From: Macrostomum lignano
Taxonomy: Eukaryota
Length of the DNA: 64,000 bases
NCBI GenBank assembly: GCA_002269645.1
Contig: NIVC01003149.1
Coordinates: forward strand, 52,431-116,430
Direction of reading: 5' to 3'
Position 1 is the first letter of the stretch. Every line of letters begins with the position of its first letter. Below the pieces are notes generated by a model, which was given only the letters and a program-made list of their open reading frames with translations, was not told the DNA's origin and searched no databases. Of this stretch, positions 51,597-64,000 are shown piece after piece. The position numbers and the translations under genes were made by a program.

Positions 51597-53808
51597 TGAT
51601 GTAACCACGCTCTGGTCGCGGGATAGGGCATGGGAACTTTTTCGAAAGTGCCTCCTATCCCGTGCACCCCCCTGCACAGAGCTGTCGAGACTCGGCCAGG
51701 TCCCCGACCAGACCTGGAGACTCCCGCTCTGCTGCACCCCTCTACTGCCTTGGTTCCGTCTCTCCTGCCGCCACACCTGCCTTTCCGGAGCTCCCTATCC
51801 CTCTCTGTACCTCCCCCTCTACCTTATCTCCCCTGCGCTCCACCCTAGTCTTCTTGTACTTTCCCTATCCGGCCCCCTCTTTTTGTCTCTCTCTGCACTA
51901 TTTTCCTGCGCTGTCCCCTCCTTCTCTGCGTCTACTTACAGTATTTTGTGTGCTCACCGACCTCCCATTCCTTCCCAAACTCCCAAACGGTGACGCAAGT
52001 CGTGTGACCCCTTCTTCCCCCCGATGAATCATCGATGACTCATCCCCCTCTCTTGCGCAACCTTTTCTCATGCTATTGTTCTCCTCCCCAAATTTCTCAC
52101 GCGACACCCACCCACCTCCGCTTCTATTGTTCTCGTTTTTGATTCTTTTGTTCTCTTTATCCCACCAATTATCACATTTTCTCCGATTTTCTCTTTATTT
52201 TGTTCTCGTTTTCGCACCTAATTAACACCTTTTCTCCAATGTTTACTTTTCTATTGTTCTCGATTCTCCCCAATTATCCCCGATTTCCAATTCCTTTGTT
52301 CTCGACCCCAGCCCAATTGTTCACAATGTTTGCTTGCGCAACACTTTTGCGATCACCCGCTGCGCCAATTATCCCCCACCCCACCTCCGGATTGTGCAAT
52401 TTCCCTATTTCTCATGTTGCTATGCCGGTCTCATGTTTCTCATCATGACTCATTCTGACGTCATTCTGCCGGCAGCCAATCAGAGAGAGGGAGCCATGTA
52501 AACGACCTTGGAGCGGCGGCTGGGAAGGCTATAAAAGGAGGCGGTTTTCGGCATGAGAATCCTCAACTTTTGCCCACCTTCGGGCTCCTAGTCTCTCTTT
52601 AGACTTGCCGTCAGACTGAGTTCTGACCCATTCGTCTATAAGACGAATCCCTGCCGGTCCGCGGTCTGTTACCGCCAAGTTATCTTCAGCTCCCCAAGTG
52701 AGCTCGCCTATCGGCCAGCGGTCTGACACCGCCCAGCATCATCAGCATCGCCTGATCTACACCAGCGCCTCGTCGCTTCAGCGCATCGCCGCTTCACGGT
52801 CCGCCTGACTGCAGCCTACAGCCGCCCTCGGTGCCTCTCTCTCTCTCTCTGTGCAGCTGCCGGTAAGTTCCTGTTACTGATTTGTGCTCCAATTGCCTTT
52901 GCTTATCCGGAGTTTGCCTATTTTTCCATTGTCTGATTAGAGAGCTGAGCCAATTGTGATACCGTACCTTTTGCTGTATTTTTACTCAATAGTGAAGCCG
53001 CCTAATTGCCTGATTATTTGCCTAAGGGCCAATTATTAACTATTAACTAACCTCATCATTATTCACTCTTTCACCATCATTTCACTCATGGCTTGCTAAG
53101 CCTTTCTCCCGGGTGGCAAAGCATAAGGAAGTTGGGTAAGCTAATGGCCTCTCCCCGTGCAAAGCCCGCCTGTGAGTGCGTGCTGCGGGGCCGCGTGTGC
53201 GTGCAGTAGAGGGATTAGCAAGTCTTGGCACAGAATGGCAGTAGGAAGATTGCAACCCCCATGCTGACGCGTCCCTTCGCCCTGAGCAATCTAAACTATA
53301 GACAGTACATGTTCGCCTCATACTACTCTTAGTAATCAAAGTCGCAAGTCAGCCTCGCTCACAGCCACAAAGGATCCCCTGCTGAGAAATCCTCCAGATT
53401 GAGCCCAGAGTTCCCGATCATGACCCAAGCAGAGTCCCTGTACTCGGCTGCATGTGTCTCCCCTGTTAGCCTAAATCTCCTGGTAACCATCCCAGGCGGG
53501 GCTCTAGCCTCGAGAGGTCTGGTAGAAAGATCCAGGTGCGCCAGGTCACATAGAGTGATGGCAGCCACTCGGTCATACTATGACCGAGTGACCAACTATT
53601 GCACCTTGGCTACAGGTAAGGTCCATGTGGGTCCTTGGCCCTCTGGTCACAAAGCGCTACCAAAGCTATCAATCATGTGGGCGGGACAGTCTGGTGCTGG
53701 AGGTCCGTCAGGTCATTGCCCGGTCATAGGCAGCCTACGGTCATTGCCCCTCTAGTCATGCGTTCGTCTCTCAATAGGAGCGGACCGGCGACAAGGGCGG
53801 TTACATCA
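51597..53808 (+). mobile_element. Complete 2212-bp solo-LTR-like element, copy B, with 4-bp TSD GACT
   Basis: TGATGTAACC...GGTTACATCA ends; GACT at 51593-51596 and 53809-53812; no recognisable coding domain. Confidence 0.85.
52446..52536 (+). promoter_or_regulatory. Pol II promoter module inside the solo-LTR-like element
   Basis: TGACTCA (AP-1) 52446, TGACGTCA (CRE) 52456, CCAAT 52476, TATAAAA 52530. AP-1, CRE and CCAAT are retained in copy A near 13595-13629. Confidence 0.7.
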
Positions 53809-53814
53809 GACTAC

Positions 53815-56150
53815 TCAAGTAACATATCTACCTAATTTGTCCTTGTATTGGGCTTGGATTCGCAGAGGCGAATCGCAAAGGGGGGAACAGCACACGCCAG
53901 TAAATAAAAGACAGCTCCAAATGTGGTGGGGTTAAAGCTGCAGGGTAATAAAAACAGCAGGTGGGGCAGAGAGAGCGAGAGGGGATTGGCTGCAGCCACA
54001 CAGAACGCAAATGGGGGTAGGAAACAAAGAATAACAGATGATAGAGACAGCCAATGAGAGGCGCGGGAGAGAGGGCTAACCATAATCAGGGGTCCGAAGT
54101 CACAGACAATGGCTGGGTAATAAATAAAAAACTTCAATAATAAATTTATCAATAATATAGGTCTAGGTAGTGGCACAAAATACAGTGAAGTACATTATAA
54201 AAAAAAGTTGCGAGCATGGAAGGGTTAGGCAGGGTTGGCAGAGGGAGAGAGAGAGCTACAGTATGGGCTAGTAGATTAAATAATAACACACTGGGATTGC
54301 ATGTTGCCAGAACTGCAACTTGACCAGCGCTCGCCGCGCACAGGTACTGATGATGCTGTTCGGGAATGGCGATTTTCATCTCCATGAGTGCGCGGAGCAG
54401 GGCCTTTGCTGGTTTGGTCTCTTTGCAGAACCAGTTCAGTTTGCCTACTAGGTGCTGAAGGCGACGTTTCTGCAGGCTCCTTGACTTGGCGCAGACCTGG
54501 AGCAGCTCTTTAAGCCTGCCCATCTTCTGGGTAGGTACTAGGCAGCGACAGCAGGCCAGCCAATGTGTTAATCTACACGCCCAGGAAAGTGATTGAAGTG
54601 GCTGGGCTCTGTGTTTTGATCCAGCTGAGGCGCTTCAGGGTGGCCATCAGATAGTTGTGCAGCTGCAGACAGACCTCGTAGTCCCGGGCAGCTATGCAGA
54701 AATTGTCTTGTCGGTAGGCGACGACGACGAATTTGGACAGATGCGAGAATTGTCTGTACATGTAGCGCTTGACAGCTTGCGTTAGGCGGTAGAATATGTT
54801 TACCGATGACGCCGTACCGAATAAGCGTCGCGTGTCAACCAGGTAGGCCAGGTAGTCCGTGCAGGTAAGTTGGCTGACTGTCCAGCTCAAAAGCCCACTG
54901 AGACCCGTCGCCAGGTAGCAGTCTGGGTGCACCTGAACGCTTCGGTAGGCGTGGCGAAGGTCGACCTTGCTGAGGAACCAGCCTGGTGTCAGCTGCCTGG
55001 TCGGATCCTTGAAACTGGCAAAATTCGGCTTCTGGGGAGGGGGATTGTACAGATCGCTGAGGCTGTGGCCCATTGGGCTGTGGCGCGGACGCGTCGTGAT
55101 CAATCAGGCGGATGGCGCCGTCTGCCTTCGGCCGTCTGCCTTCTGGATGGCGCCCAGTGGGCTGATGATGGTCGGTCTGACAATGCCCAAGTCATTTGCG
55201 CAGATGTACCGTTCTGCCACCACCTCCTCCCTGATCTGCAGTTCAACGGCAGATTTACCTCACAGACGGCGGATGCATGATTCTCGATTTGGGATTTTCT
55301 GATCGGGTCGCGTCAGTAATGCGAAAGCCATTGCGAATTCCCACACTCAGAAACTCTGCGTCTGAGTCGCCGAGTAAGACTGGTGTCCAAGCGACAGCTG
55401 ACAGCGGCCAACGGCTTCGGAGTGCAGCGACCAGGTCGGTGGCGAGGTTCGCAACAGGCCCGGCGGCAGGGCCAGCGGCAGGGCGAGAGGCAGGACGAGC
55501 AGCCATCTCGCATGGAATTAAAATATTGGAATGTCTAGCAAACGCCATCTGCTTAGGGCTAAAATTGGTGCCCCTGCGACCCGCCTCTCCACTTAGTGTT
55601 TAGATTCGGCAGCCACTGAGCCATGTTGCAGATTTAAGTGGCTCCCTTCACAGATGCGGTAGATATGGGTGTAATTGCAGGTGTGTCTGTGTCAGCCTTT
55701 GTCGCTATTGAACAGGCCTCAGATGACCCGTATAGCGGATGACAGCTGACCCTTGCTCCGGTGACCTTGGACTCCTTGACCGCCACATGGCCAGCAGCTT
55801 CCAGGTTTCTGGTGATTTGCCGTGATATGCTTGATGATGAGGTTCAGATAGGGGCTGTCCCATTCGCGCTGTTGCGAGTGATGTTGCAGCCTCATGTCCT
55901 GGTCGTACTGGAGCACCACCTTCCAGTGGTGGTGGTGGTTCCCGGACATAGCTAGTCCGGGGGCGCGTCTGCGCCCTTATCCTATGGAGATACTTGAGCA
56001 CGCGAGGCCGTCGTCTGCGGCGACGGCCAGCAACGGGTTTGGTCTGAGGACCTCTGCTCGGATGTCTTCGTGTGTGTCGGACATTGAATTATCGGGCGTT
56101 CGAGGTCCTCCTTGGCTTTGCTGCATGCTGAGCAGGTCGCGGATGGCTCC
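53815..56150 (-). mobile_element. Degenerate DIRS/Ngaro-type (tyrosine-recombinase class) retrotransposon: gag, RT, RT-linker, 3' non-coding region
   Basis: gag HHWKVVLQYDQDMR and FNSDKG*HRHTCNYTHIYRICEGSH; RT LSKVDLRHAYRSVQV, LFGTASSVNIF, ITFLGV; linker LQHLVGKLNWFC. Confidence 0.85.
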
Positions 56151-57870
56151 AGGCCGCATCGGTGGCGATATTTGTGCGGTGAGGAACTGGGCCAGAGTCA
56201 CTTGGGCTTTGCGCCCGAAGCCCGGCGGTAGGCCTCCCAGGTATGGCAGAGCGATGCGTCGCGCAGTGCTGTTCATTGGCGTAGGCCTGGTTGAGGTCCG
56301 AGGCTACCAGCATAGCGATGGCCGAACGGGTGCTGCGAAGGTTTAGTGGAGCGGGAGCCGAGCCGTGTCGCGCGCTGTGCTGTCCACCAGGTCGTCGAGC
56401 TGCAGGTCGCAGTGTCCGGAGACCCACTGTATGATTACGTCGTTACCCAGCGGGACTCTCCTGAGCAGAGCCCAGATTTCCCTGCAGCATGTCGAGAGGC
56501 GCGGTGGTGGGCCAGCGAGGAGGCTTCGGAGCAGTGACTGTGAGTCTGTCGCGGAGTGGAGCGCGCCGATGCCCGGCCATGGCAGGATGTCGAGGGCCGC
56601 TTGTAGGCCCAGCCGGAGGGCGCACTCCTTGGCTCTGAAGGACGAGTTGCAACTGCCAGCCGGGGCCTGTAGCCGTTGTAGTGGATGGCTGGGGACGATC
56701 AAGCTAGGGTTTCTAAGGTGGCGGCTCTACGGATGTGCGGCGGGTCCTCGCGGGACGTCGTGCGGCAGAGATCCGGGGCATGCCAGGGCGGGATCGGCGC
56801 GTTGTCCATCTCTCTAGGCGCATCCTCGACGCCGGCGCGTCGGATCAGCGTCCTGGCGCCGAAGTGCCAGTCCCGGCGGAACCCGCCGTTGGCGTCATGG
56901 GCGCGAAGTCTCGGAGCGATGTTAAGCTCGGCTAGCCGTCGGAGGGGAGTAAGCTGTCGTTGCCTCAGAGTCCTGTAAAGGAGGGTGACGCCAGCGGTCG
57001 CAGCACGCGAGGTATGAAGTTAATTAGAACCCGGCTTCTTGAAGGAGTGCCGCGATAGGTACGCACCGGCAGCAGCCGGTGATGACCCTGGTCGAGAGAA
57101 AAGTACACAACGACCGACTTGGTTCTTTCTGAGGTTCTGTTTCTTCCACCTTTCAGGTTTGGGACCACAACAAGAGCCGATCGGCCGCGCGCTGCAGAGT
57201 TTGCTCGCACTCATGGACAGTCGTTCCCTGAGCTTCAATGTGCCGTCGTCGGCGTATGCTATAGTCAGGACGTCCTCAGGCGCGCCATCTAGAAGGTCGT
57301 CGATATAGACGATCTTCAAGGTCGGGGCGAGGACCGAGACTTGCTGAAGGAAGGCCATCGGAGAAGATAAGGATCCGGCTTCTGGTTCCGTCCCACATGA
57401 CGCGGGCGCGTCCGTCCGAGAGGAACCTTCTGAGCCATCGGTTCATGCAGGTGGAGACTCTTTTGCGGTGAAGTTTGACGGTTTGGGCATTTCGCCACAC
57501 GCGGTTGTAGGCTCTCGAAAAATCACCGAGGAGAAGAGCTGAACGCTTTGCTGGCTTCTTCGCCTGCAGGCGGTCGAAGATATACTGCGTGACGGCAGTG
57601 ATTTGCTCCTCAGTGGAGCGGCACCCCAGCGGAAGCCGGCCTGAGCCGGGTTGATTAAGCAGCCGTCTTCAAGGAAGTGGGTGAGGCGTTCGTTGACCAT
57701 CTTTTCAGCGACCTTCGCAACGCAGGAGAGAAAGCAGATCGGGCGATAGTTGGCGGTGAGGTCCTGGTAGCTTCTGGTAACGAGACTCTGTCCAATCTGG
57801 AGGAGTTCAGTCTGTTTGAGGAGCCAGCCTCGAAGCTCAAGAAGTTCAGATTGGTATATGCGCATTCAGC
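56150..57870 (-). mobile_element. Degenerate non-LTR retrotransposon (LINE) with RT and RNase H
   Basis: NYRPICFLSCVAKVAEKMV, QAGFR, DFSRAYNRVW, YADD; RNase H ATDSQS, QWVSGHC; downstream RKAQVTLAQF. Confidence 0.9.
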
Positions 57871-58548
57871 CCAGCCTGAAATATAGCAATTAATTCTTTG
57901 ACGTTCAAAGCTGACAACTCAAAACTCAAAAGAGACTCGATCTGAACTCGCGACTCCTCACCGCATAATTTTGAAGTGTTAGCTCGTAATGGTGTAAAAG
58001 TTAATAAATATTATTACCAAGCATAACAGTACGAGCACCAGTGTAGGCCCCGCACCCAGCATAAATAAAAACTTCATCTTGCTAAACAGTTATAGCTCGT
58101 ATTTGTTCCAGTCGGCAATGATCCTAAAAAGGGATATTGCGAGGCAAACATTTAATTCAAAACCGCTGGAGTAAACTTATACTTGAGCTAGATAGTATTC
58201 AATACGTTTCTTGATACATACGAGCTATGTAAAGAAACAATCACTGTTTGATTAAAAAACAGTTTTTTGCACTTTTTAAAGTACTCTCCAGCTGCATGCA
58301 TGCCCTTCATCGTCCTCTCAAGCTATGTACGATAAAAGTTTTATCCCAGCCTCACTCGCCCATATTTGTCTCGTTGGGCTACGAAATATTATACTCCCAT
58401 AACGGATTACCATAGAAAGTTTCTAACATTTGATCTACAAAAAATGAAAGCTCAGACTTCTTATCTTATCTGCCCTTACTTTTTACCAGTATATATTGCC
58501 CCATGCATGTAGGTTGACCTTAATTGGTACGAAAATTAAACGCGAAGT

Positions 58549-60027
58549 ATGCTTCTCGCTGGACAAATTGTCTGCCTACTTGCTTTAATAAATCTTGTAA
58601 TAGGAATTATCTGCGTTGTATCCCATCTAGCGGACTTCGGCTCATGGACCCAGGTTATTGAGTATCTTCCAATCGTCACGGAGAATCCCAGACTATTAAC
58701 AATACTGAAAGTCGCTGCATATGTTTATTTAGCCACTGGACTGCTGCAACTTGTGGCCAGCTGCACTAACGATCGCATTCTTTGGAGCTGCAGCCTTATC
58801 TGCCAGTGTGCTTTGTTCGGCTTCTCAATTTTCATGACGGTTTTCATTTTTAAGAACAATATGCGGACAAAAGATTTTCTACAACATCAACTGGTAATGT
58901 TTTTGTTTGCTTTTGTTTTTCTTGTCCCTTTCTAAATGATGTTATTTCAAGTTTGCAGTGAACAAAAGCAAATTAAAGTTGACGAAATAAAGACAACTTT
59001 TTAGAGATTTCTGATACGAGTCTAAGGTAAGGGTCTATCATCATAATATCGTCCGTTTCAGCGAGGGTGCTGATATTTTGCTCAAGGGAACCTTGCAAAT
59101 TTCCGAGCTTCGAAATTTGAAGTAACAGCCCGTACATCAATTCGACGTCAGTCAACGTCGCTGACAAATATGTACTTTTACGTCGCACAGACGTTAAGCT
59201 GACGTATAACGTCGTTATTCGTCGATGTAATGTAAAAGTAAATGCTGTAAATTTGTTAGCGACGGCGATAAACGTAGGAAACGTCTGCTGACGTAGCCGA
59301 CATTGAATCGCTGTACGGCCAGGGCGTAAAAAGGAGCATACATGTCTTGATTAGTGAGAAACTTAATTAGTGATTGACATCCACTGGTCACGATGAAATG
59401 TTATGGCAAAATGCGGCCATTCCCCCCCCTCGTCTACGCATCGTAAAGAGCAGTACAATAATAGGAGAGAGTTGACCTTGAAGAAATCCCAAATATGACG
59501 TGATTCATACGTATGAATGGTAAAAATAGTTACTAACAAATTATAAAATATTAAAATCTTAACTGCAGATTTCCCTGTACGGCTCGTACAATAAATCCCA
59601 CGTGGTTGCGGAGTTTTTGGACAACTTGCACGTCGTTCACCACTGCTGCGGCTATCAAAGCGACCATGCGGAGTGGCGCGGGCTGATTGGCCCCAACCGA
59701 GTGCCGGACTCCTGCTGCCACACCTCTGGCAGCATACACTCGAACGAACATGACCACGTTAGCGAGGAACACGAACCGATGCGTTCTCAAGGCTGCGGAT
59801 ACAACAATCAGTCAGTTTGGCTGTCAAGGCTGCACAATGCCGCATGTCAGTCGGTGCTGTGGGGTCTCTACGAGCCAATGGATCCTCTGGCTCAGTCGCT
59901 ACTATTGCTGCTGGTTTATGTATCATGGCTGGGCGTGCTTTTCAATTTCTACAAGGTTTTTCTCGCTTTCTATCTGGCTATTGAAGTGGGCAAATATCTG
60001 AGGTCGATGGATGCCCTCGCCGACTGA
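58549..60027 (+). CDS. Tetraspanin, 267 aa; exons 58549-58893 and 59569-60027
   Basis: Three hydrophobic helices in exon 1; phase-0 join CTG|gtaatg...ctgcag|ATT; large loop with HHCCG, VPDSCC, QGCG; fourth helix before the stop. Confidence 0.92.
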
Positions 60028-61149
60028 CTGGCTGACTGGCTTGCTGGGAAACCAGACTTGCTATGGTCTCACATAGACATAGTGTAATCAGTTATGAAGT
60101 TTCCCGATATACGAACGTATGATCCCTGGTTCGTTAATACAATTTAAATCAGTTTTATAGACTATTTTGATACTCATCTCTTTATACCGATTTCTTTAAT
60201 AATACGCTCGTAACATAGATAAATCCTCTTTCCCGGCCCTCGGGTCCTTAAAACTTCACAATAGCAAGCCGGCACGCTCAAGGTTTGTGTCTCTTCTCAA
60301 CTCTTTTACCTACTCTCTCCCTTCTTCTCTGTTCTCTATTATCCTCTCCTCTCTTCTCTCATCTTTCCTCTCATCTTCTCTTTCCTCTCATCTCTCCTCT
60401 TGGCAACGATCTCGAGAAGCATCACGTGAGCGGCCTTTGGACTCTATTTAAACGGGGGATTTTTCACTCAGAAACACTCAGACTTCGATCTCGATCAGTG
60501 CTGTCTACCACGGACACAGAGCCTATCGCTCCCGACTCGATTCCTTCTGTAGAGTCCTGTCCTACTGGAGCATCAATTTGATCAAGTGTCAGCATCATCC
60601 ACGTGTCAGCTCTTCATCAACCGCCTCCAGGTTGTCGTAGTCTCTCTCTCTCTCCCTCTCCTCTCTCTTTACGGTAGGTTAAACTTTACAATATTGGCAA
60701 AATTTTTAACCTTAGTCCGATTGCAAACTTTGTGACCTTCGCTGTTGAACAAATTCAACAAAATTTCAACAAATTCCAACCAATTTCAACAAATTTGAAG
60801 AAGTCTAAAAAGCTAACGAACTGACAAACTAGCAGGTACAAGCATCCGGGTTGACAACAATTTTCTCCAACCTATCACACTGGTTCTTAACTTCTTACTT
60901 AACTTATTTTAGTTTCACCCATATTTGGTCTACAATTGGTAGCTAAGAACTTTAAAAAATCAGTTCATTTTGTTCATTGACATCTTGTTCATTTGACCTA
61001 CATTGTATTGCTTCACAATATCGACGCACTATGTCATTTGTTTAATTAACATTTCTTAATTGTACTTGAAAATATTGAACTTTATGCTCTCAACCCAACT
61101 CAATACCTGCATATCTCAATACGCTAGCTTTGACCTGTCGGAAGTATCG

Positions 61150-61720
61150 CAATCTATGGGTACGAGCTACAGGGGCTCTTCTTGAACTGAGTATCTGTAC
61201 ACCATAAAGTCTAGGTTCCCTCATACTACTCTTAGCAGTCTAGCACGCTGGTGTTTTCGTCAGTAATAGCCGCCAAAGACCCCCGGGTGTAAATTACTCT
61301 GGTTAGTGCAACAGACTCCCGATTAGCGTCCAAGCAGATCAGTCCCATATTCGGCTATAGGCTACTTTCCAGTCAGCTCAAACTCTCCCGATCATCAGAG
61401 CATGGCCCCTGTCTAGCTAGTTAGAGTGGGAAATGGCAGAGTGCCAGCAAAGGCACCTCAGCAACTGGAACGGTCTGTATAGAGCCTTACCATCAGACCG
61501 AGCGCTACGTTGAAAATGCCTTTAAATCGGGTGGGTATAATCAGTTACCAAAGGCCTGTGCCGGCGTCAGTTTTTGTTGGGCTCCCGCAGTCCATCTCCC
61601 ATTCGACACGAAGTCTCTGATTCCTGCCCTCCATATGCTACGGGATGGAAAGGCCGGATACTATAGCATTTGGGATACCTAGGTTTATCATGTTTTCGAT
61701 GTCCAATACTCTTCCCCATA
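61150..61720 (-). mobile_element. Possible very old non-LTR RT relic
   Basis: Only faint motif echoes (LDIE; GLW*LIIPTRFKGIFN; LYTD); many stops. Confidence 0.25.
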
Positions 61721-62257
61721 GCTAAACATTTTGCTTATCTTATTGCATTGACCGCATCATAAAGCTACGAATTTAATAAACCTCTTGCAAAAGTAGCTTT
61801 CTGGCCTAGTACGTACTCCCTTAGCAAAATTATAAAAATATTTGAGAAGACTTTTTTCCGCGCTTCTTTCTTATTATCGCGAAGTGGACAGACAAAAGAG
61901 TAGAGAGAGCGAAATAGAAAAAAAGTCGAGAAGGTGCAACCAAGTGCTGCTATTCTGTTCGGTACTGTGCATTTCCAACCAAGTTGGCTCTGGCACGCAA
62001 CCGGGGGGGGCTTCATCGCTTCCAAAGAGAATAAGCCACTGCCCTGAGTACGCTATTGTAGTCGTGCTTGAAGAAAACAGGCAAAGACTGAGGAGAGAGA
62101 GATAGAAACAACATAGATGTAGAGTTTAGAGAGGCGTCTCTGAATATTTAACTAAAAGCTAGATTGCTTCAGAGGGGTTAAACCCTAATTTTGAGATACG
62201 CGCTACGCAAAATTCTTTCTTAATCAAACAAGGATATTGAGTAGCTGTTTAGAAATA

Positions 62258-62927
62258 ATGAAGATCTCATTTCTGCTGTCCATCTTGGCGGTGGCTGGCT
62301 TGTTTGGTGGCACACGATGTGCGACAACCATTAATTTTGGTGAGTAATCTTAATCTAAGAATGCACAGCGAATCTCAGAAGTCTTGTTAAATTTTGCACT
62401 ACCAACTAATTTATGCGAGCCGTAACTCTGAAACGCCATTTAAAATACCAGAATAAAATATCTATCCACCACCACAGCTCTATTGTGGGACGAACCTGGT
62501 GTGGCCAGCACGGCATCAAATATGTTTAAACAAATATTCCTGCCTGATCTGCGCAACTCCTGCTTGTCATCGCCTGATGTTAACAACACGGTTTTCAAAT
62601 TCATTGACGCACCTCAGAAGGGCCTGTTTGATATTCTGCTGGCTAATTTGCGTAAGCGCAATGTTAATCGAATTGTTAGTGATTAACTGATAATCACAGT
62701 CAATAGGTTGACATTTTATTCTATTTTTGTTGTTTTACTGCCCAATTTTCTTAGAAATCGACCAGCTGACCAAATCTGGCTGTCTGTTTGCCGGCGCATT
62801 CGACCAGGCCGAGTTGGGGCTGTTCGCTCAGTCTGGGATTCCTTCAGGCGTGCCGGGCTACCCAAGTATGCAGATTCACGTGATGGCGCCACTGACGCTG
62901 ACCATGGCTGTGGAAGGCGTATACAAG
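62258..62927 (+). CDS. 5' exons of a secreted or membrane protein of unknown family; exons 62258-62339, 62478-62651, 62755-62927; continuation unclear
   Basis: Signal peptide MKISFLLSILAVAGLFGGTRCA; two phase-1 GT-AG introns give ...ALLWDEPG...LRNSCLSSPDVNNTVFKFID...LFAGAFDQAELGLFAQSGIP...VYK|gtgaaa. Confidence 0.7.
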
Positions 62928-63151
62928 GTGAAAATCATTTAATTTTGAAGTATATTCTGCGAGCCTTTTTTCAACGAAACTGCTGATCCCAATTTGCTGA
63001 GTTTGAGCATGTATGTAGCAGGAACTCAATATTCACTGAGACAGACATACCGGTATCTTTACGGAGCCTGATCTGGTTTCAAGGCAGACTCAATCAATTT
63101 GACGTTTAGCTGCCTATAATGTTTGTCTTTCCAGAGAGACCACAGATACTA

Positions 63152-63785
63152 CGAGGGTTGTCCCAGAAATAGCGGAAAAACCGGTATAGAAGCTGACTGT
63201 GATATTCGAATTTGATGCAACTTGCGTCACAAGTAGAAAAAAATCCAACAGTTGTTTTGCTTTTAAATGAGGTAAAAATGTAAATTCATTCAAAAGTTAT
63301 GCCTATAATTAGAACAAGGGGTAGGGGATAGAGTTACACCAAATCGAGCCTACTATGCTGGCCATAGACTAAACTTTTTGATGTTTAGTCAGAACCATCG
63401 ATTCGAAAACAAAAGCAAACGAAGAAGCTGAAGAGAAACAAAAGAGCAGCACATAAGCCCTCGAAAAAAAGCAGGAGCTAATCTGAAGCAGAAGCAGAAG
63501 CAGAACAACTGCAGGCTACAGGCTGAGGGGTGACTTCGTCAAAAGTCATCAGTCAAGGGTGATGGCAATGCTGCGTGACCGACTTTGCAGACCCCTCAAC
63601 TTAACTCTACCCGTACCCTTGTTCTAATTATAGGCATAACTTTTTAATGAATTGGCATTTTTACCCCATTTAAAAAGCAAAACAACCATTGGATTTTTTT
63701 CTACTTATGACGTAAGTAGCATCAAATTCGAATATTACAGGCAGCTTCTATACCGGTTTTTCGCGCTATTTCTGGACAACCCTCG
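63152..63785. mobile_element. Mariner-type MITE with ~190-bp imperfect inverted repeats and TA TSD
   Basis: TA|CGAGGGTTGTCC...GGACAACCCTCG|TA; inverted repeats ~63152-63340 and ~63600-63785. Confidence 0.88.
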
Positions 63786-64000
63786 TAAATTAACTAGAGT
63801 AGGCCGCTCAGACATATTTTTAGTAAAACAGCTGGCTTCTTTCAGTTCAGTAGCAAAGAAGAATACAGAAGCTATTTTATAAATATAAAGGCAGCTGAAA
63901 TGACTTTGATAAGTTTAGAAGTCTTGCAGGCGTAAACAACTTGCTAATTGGTTTAGCAATAATGTACATTGGCCAGTCCACTGAAATGTACATGGCAGCT

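Noticed and set aside
58973-59188. Antisense 71-aa ORF in the tetraspanin intron
   Set aside because: Short, no recognisable motif, starts at a non-ATG codon in the track

Overview
AT-rich, intron-containing animal DNA. It looks like a free-living flatworm such as Macrostomum, but that is inferred from gene content and repeat style only. Most long ORFs in the supplied track are artefacts of tandem repeats; the real genes are spliced and were assembled here by hand from GT-AG junctions and phase. Host genes: a 9-exon type I membrane protein (1070-5779, 5' partial), an LRAT/PLAAT H-NC protein, two near-identical fibrinogen-C (FReD) gene copies with complementary defects, two convergent ALK/LTK-type glycine-rich-domain genes, an F-type lectin pseudogene, a two-exon defensin-like prepropeptide missing from the ORF track (38803-41346), a tetraspanin, and the 5' exons of a secreted or membrane protein. 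Mobile DNA: a young Gypsy with intact pol but no gag whose ORF starts inside its own LTR (33383-36809, TSD GCCCC), two degenerate Gypsy remnants, a 2.2-kb solo-LTR-like element in two inverted copies with a conserved AP-1/CRE/CCAAT module, DIRS/Ngaro-type fragments, an RNase H-bearing LINE, Tc1/IS630-like and mariner-like derivatives, a SINE, and a MITE family carrying a 21-bp array. No rRNA, tRNA gene or CRISPR array could be supported. Several frameshifts sit in homopolymers and may be assembly errors. No database searches were run; family calls rest on recognised motifs.
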